The position numbers and the translations under genes were made by a program. Positions 62,316 to 64,000 of a stretch of 64,000 nucleotides of DNA are shown one piece after another (within the stretch, counting starts at the first letter, position 1; the number at the start of each line of letters is the position of its first letter). The notes beneath the pieces were generated by a model that was not told the origin of the DNA, did no database searches, and saw nothing but the letters and a program-made list of their open reading frames with translations. The stretch comes from Collinsella sp. (GTDB lineage Bacteria > Actinomycetota > Coriobacteriia > Coriobacteriales > Coriobacteriaceae): NCBI GenBank assembly GCA_048291725.1, contig DBEZXW010000076.1, positions 5,733 to 69,732 of the forward strand, written 5' to 3'.

Positions 62316-63146
62316 CTAGTCCTCCTTGGTCTTGGGGTCGAGGGCGTCTCGCAGGCCGTCGCCGGCAAGGTTCAGCGAAAGCACGCTCGCGATGATGGCC
62401 GCTGCCGGGAAGAAAATCATCCACCAGGCTTTGCGCATCACGTTCTTGCCCGCCTGCAGGATGTTTCCCCAGCTGGCGTCGGGTGCCTTGATACCCAGAC
62501 CCAGAAACGAGAGGGCGGCCTCCGAGAGCACGGCCTCGGCAAAGACAAAGGTCGCCTGCACCAGGAAGGGTGCCATAACGTTGGGCACGATATGCAGCCA
62601 CACGATGCGCGCGGTCGAGGCGCCCTGCACGCGCAGGGCCTCCACAAAGGGCTCCTCCTTGACCACCATCGCACGCGAGCGCACGATGCGCGCCATGCTA
62701 GGCGTATAGACGATGGAGAGCGCGATGATGACGTTCCACACGCTCGCCCCCATCATCGCCATGAGCGCGATGGCCAGCAGCACGCCCGGAATGGACATAA
62801 GGCCGTCGCAGATGCGCATGAGAATATGATCGAGCCTCTCGTTGTAGCACGCATAGGCGCCGATCACCAAGCCGAGCGCACTCGTCGCGAGCGTGACGGC
62901 AATGCCAACGCCAAGCGACACGTGCGCGCCCGCGATGACGCGGGCAAGCAGGTCGCGGCCAAAGTCATCGCAGCCAAAGGGATGCGCGGGCGAAGGTGCC
63001 GAAAGTCGCAACGTCATCTCCTGCGCATTGGGATTAACCGTCCACACCAGCGGACCGACGAGCGCGATCAGCGCAATCACCAGGAAAATGCAGCCGCCGA
63101 CCACAAACCCCTTGTTGGCAAGAGCCTTCTTAAAGTTTGTCATCAT
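62316..63146 (-). CDS. Peptide/nickel ABC transporter permease, DppC/OppC/NikC-like
   Basis: BPD-transporter EAA loop SEAALSFLGLG. ATGATGA start/stop overlap with the upstream permease. Confidence 0.9.
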   Translation of the reverse strand: MMTNFKKALANKGFVVGGCIFLVIALIALVGPLVWTVNPNAQEMTLRLSAPSPAHPFGCDDFGRDLLARVIAGAHVSLGVGIAVTLATSALGLVIGAYACYNERLDHILMRICDGLMSIPGVLLAIALMAMMGASVWNVIIALSIVYTPSMARIVRSRAMVVKEEPFVEALRVQGASTARIVWLHIVPNVMAPFLVQATFVFAEAVLSEAALSFLGLGIKAPDASWGNILQAGKNVMRKAWWMIFFPAAAIIASVLSLNLAGDGLRDALDPKTKED

Positions 63147-64000
63147 GCATCGCCCCATTTGCGAGCGCGCGGGTCAAAAGCGCCGTAGGCAAGGTCGACG
63201 GCCAGATTGATCACCGAATTCAACAAGGCGATGACCAGCAGCACGCCCTGAATCACCGGATAGTCGCGGCGCTCGATAGAGCTCGTGACCAGCTGGCCCA
63301 AACCGGGGATGTTAAAAATGGCCTCAGTCACCACGGCGCCCGTAATCAGAGCGCCAAAAGAATAGCCGACCGAGGTGAGAATCGGCAGCGCCGCGTTGCG
63401 CAGGGCATGGGCCAGCACCACGCGAACCTCGGAGACGCCCTTGGCACGCGCCGTCTTGACGCAGTCGAGCTGCATGGCCTCGATAACGCTCGAACGGGTC
63501 ATGCGCATGAGCAGGGCCGCCTGCACGCATCCAAGCGATATGGCCGGCAATGCAAGATAGCGTAAATGGCTGAACCAGCCCTTCGATAGCGGCGCATAGC
63601 CGGCGACCGGGAACACACGCAACGTGACGGCAAACAGCCACATAAGCATGAGCGCCATCAAAAAGCCGGGTATCGCCACGCCCAAAAGAGCAACGACGCG
63701 CAAGACCGCGTCGGTGCGCGACCCATGTTTGAGGGCAGCGACGACGCCGCAGGGCAGCGCAATCAACAGCGCGATGAGCTGTGCTAGAAGCGCGAGCGAT
63801 AGCGTGGGGCCAAAGTGCTCGGCAATCGCCTGCGTGACGGGCTGGCGCATAAAATACGAATCGCCCAGGTCGCCGGTAAGCACGCCGCCCATCCACTCAA
63901 CGTAGCGCTGCGGCAGCGGCTCGTTGAGTCCCAGACTATCGTTGACGCGCTCGATCTGGTCGGCCGAAGCCTCCATGCCGAGCATCGAAGAGGCCGGGTC
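63143..64000 (-). CDS. Peptide/nickel ABC transporter permease, DppB/OppB/NikB-like (N-terminus beyond the right edge)
   Basis: LGLNEPLPQRYVEW and the EAA-type loop. The reading frame stays open to the window end. Confidence 0.85.
   Translation of the reverse strand, partial: DPASSMLGMEASADQIERVNDSLGLNEPLPQRYVEWMGGVLTGDLGDSYFMRQPVTQAIAEHFGPTLSLALLAQLIALLIALPCGVVAALKHGSRTDAVLRVVALLGVAIPGFLMALMLMWLFAVTLRVFPVAGYAPLSKGWFSHLRYLALPAISLGCVQAALLMRMTRSSVIEAMQLDCVKTARAKGVSEVRVVLAHALRNAALPILTSVGYSFGALITGAVVTEAIFNIPGLGQLVTSSIERRDYPVIQGVLLVIALLNSVINLAVDLAYGAFDPRARKWGDA

Noticed and set aside
60542-64000. Calling the ABC transporter specifically a nickel (NikBCDE) importer for the [NiFe] hydrogenase, or specifically a selenium compound importer.
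   Set aside because: Opp, Dpp and Nik permeases and ATPases cannot be told apart by eye. The diagnostic solute-binding protein lies beyond the window. The call is kept as a generic peptide/nickel-family importer.

Overview
High-GC bacterial chromosome segment, roughly 60-68 percent GC in sampled lines, with an AT-rich left end. Almost everything is encoded on the minus strand. Gene content suggests a strict anaerobe, possibly Coriobacteriia-like Actinomycetota, but that is only a guess. From left to right: (1) A low-GC surface-polysaccharide locus (EpsG-like polymerase fragment, GT4, ugd, GT2, priming sugar transferase) headed by a NusG-paralog (LoaP/UpxY-like) regulator. (2) Housekeeping genes: thrS, a GlpA-like FAD oxidoreductase trio, an M24 peptidase, folC, valS, clpX, clpP, tig, tRNA-Leu. 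(3) An aldehyde-oxidoreductase/xanthine-dehydrogenase-type molybdenum hydroxylase with its FAD subunit, then gdhA. (4) A selenium/molybdenum/formate supercluster at about 27-49.7 kb: Cys-rich DUF3343, mobA, a tRNA-Sec (selC) that is not visible in the ORF track, selB, selA, an orphan cytoplasmic molybdopterin oxidoreductase, focA, and a complete Hyf-type formate hydrogenlyase operon (hydN, fdhF, hyfA-I, hycH, hycI). fdhF carries an in-frame UGA (Sec) plus a SECIS hairpin. (5) A small plus-strand islet with a RelB/DinJ-PIN toxin-antitoxin pair and an AbiEi/DUF559-like gene, next to tRNA-Gly and tRNA-Pro, then brnQ. (6) A second selenium operon, which is the most interesting region: a double-cubane-type reductase and its ATPase activase, a GT4 glycosyltransferase overlapping selD (itself a UGA selenoprotein) by 8 nt, yedF, DUF3343 and a class-V cysteine desulfurase/selenocysteine lyase. 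A peptide/nickel-type ABC importer lies upstream. I read this operon as a candidate pathway for an undescribed selenium-containing small molecule or cofactor. The intergenic space also holds a family of about 67-nt near-perfect palindromes (outer arm AGTTGCGGTGAAATA, six copies, two subfamilies) and several other long hairpin elements. I saw no rRNA, CRISPR array, transposase or integrase. The many long alternate-frame ORFs in the track are GC-driven artefacts.
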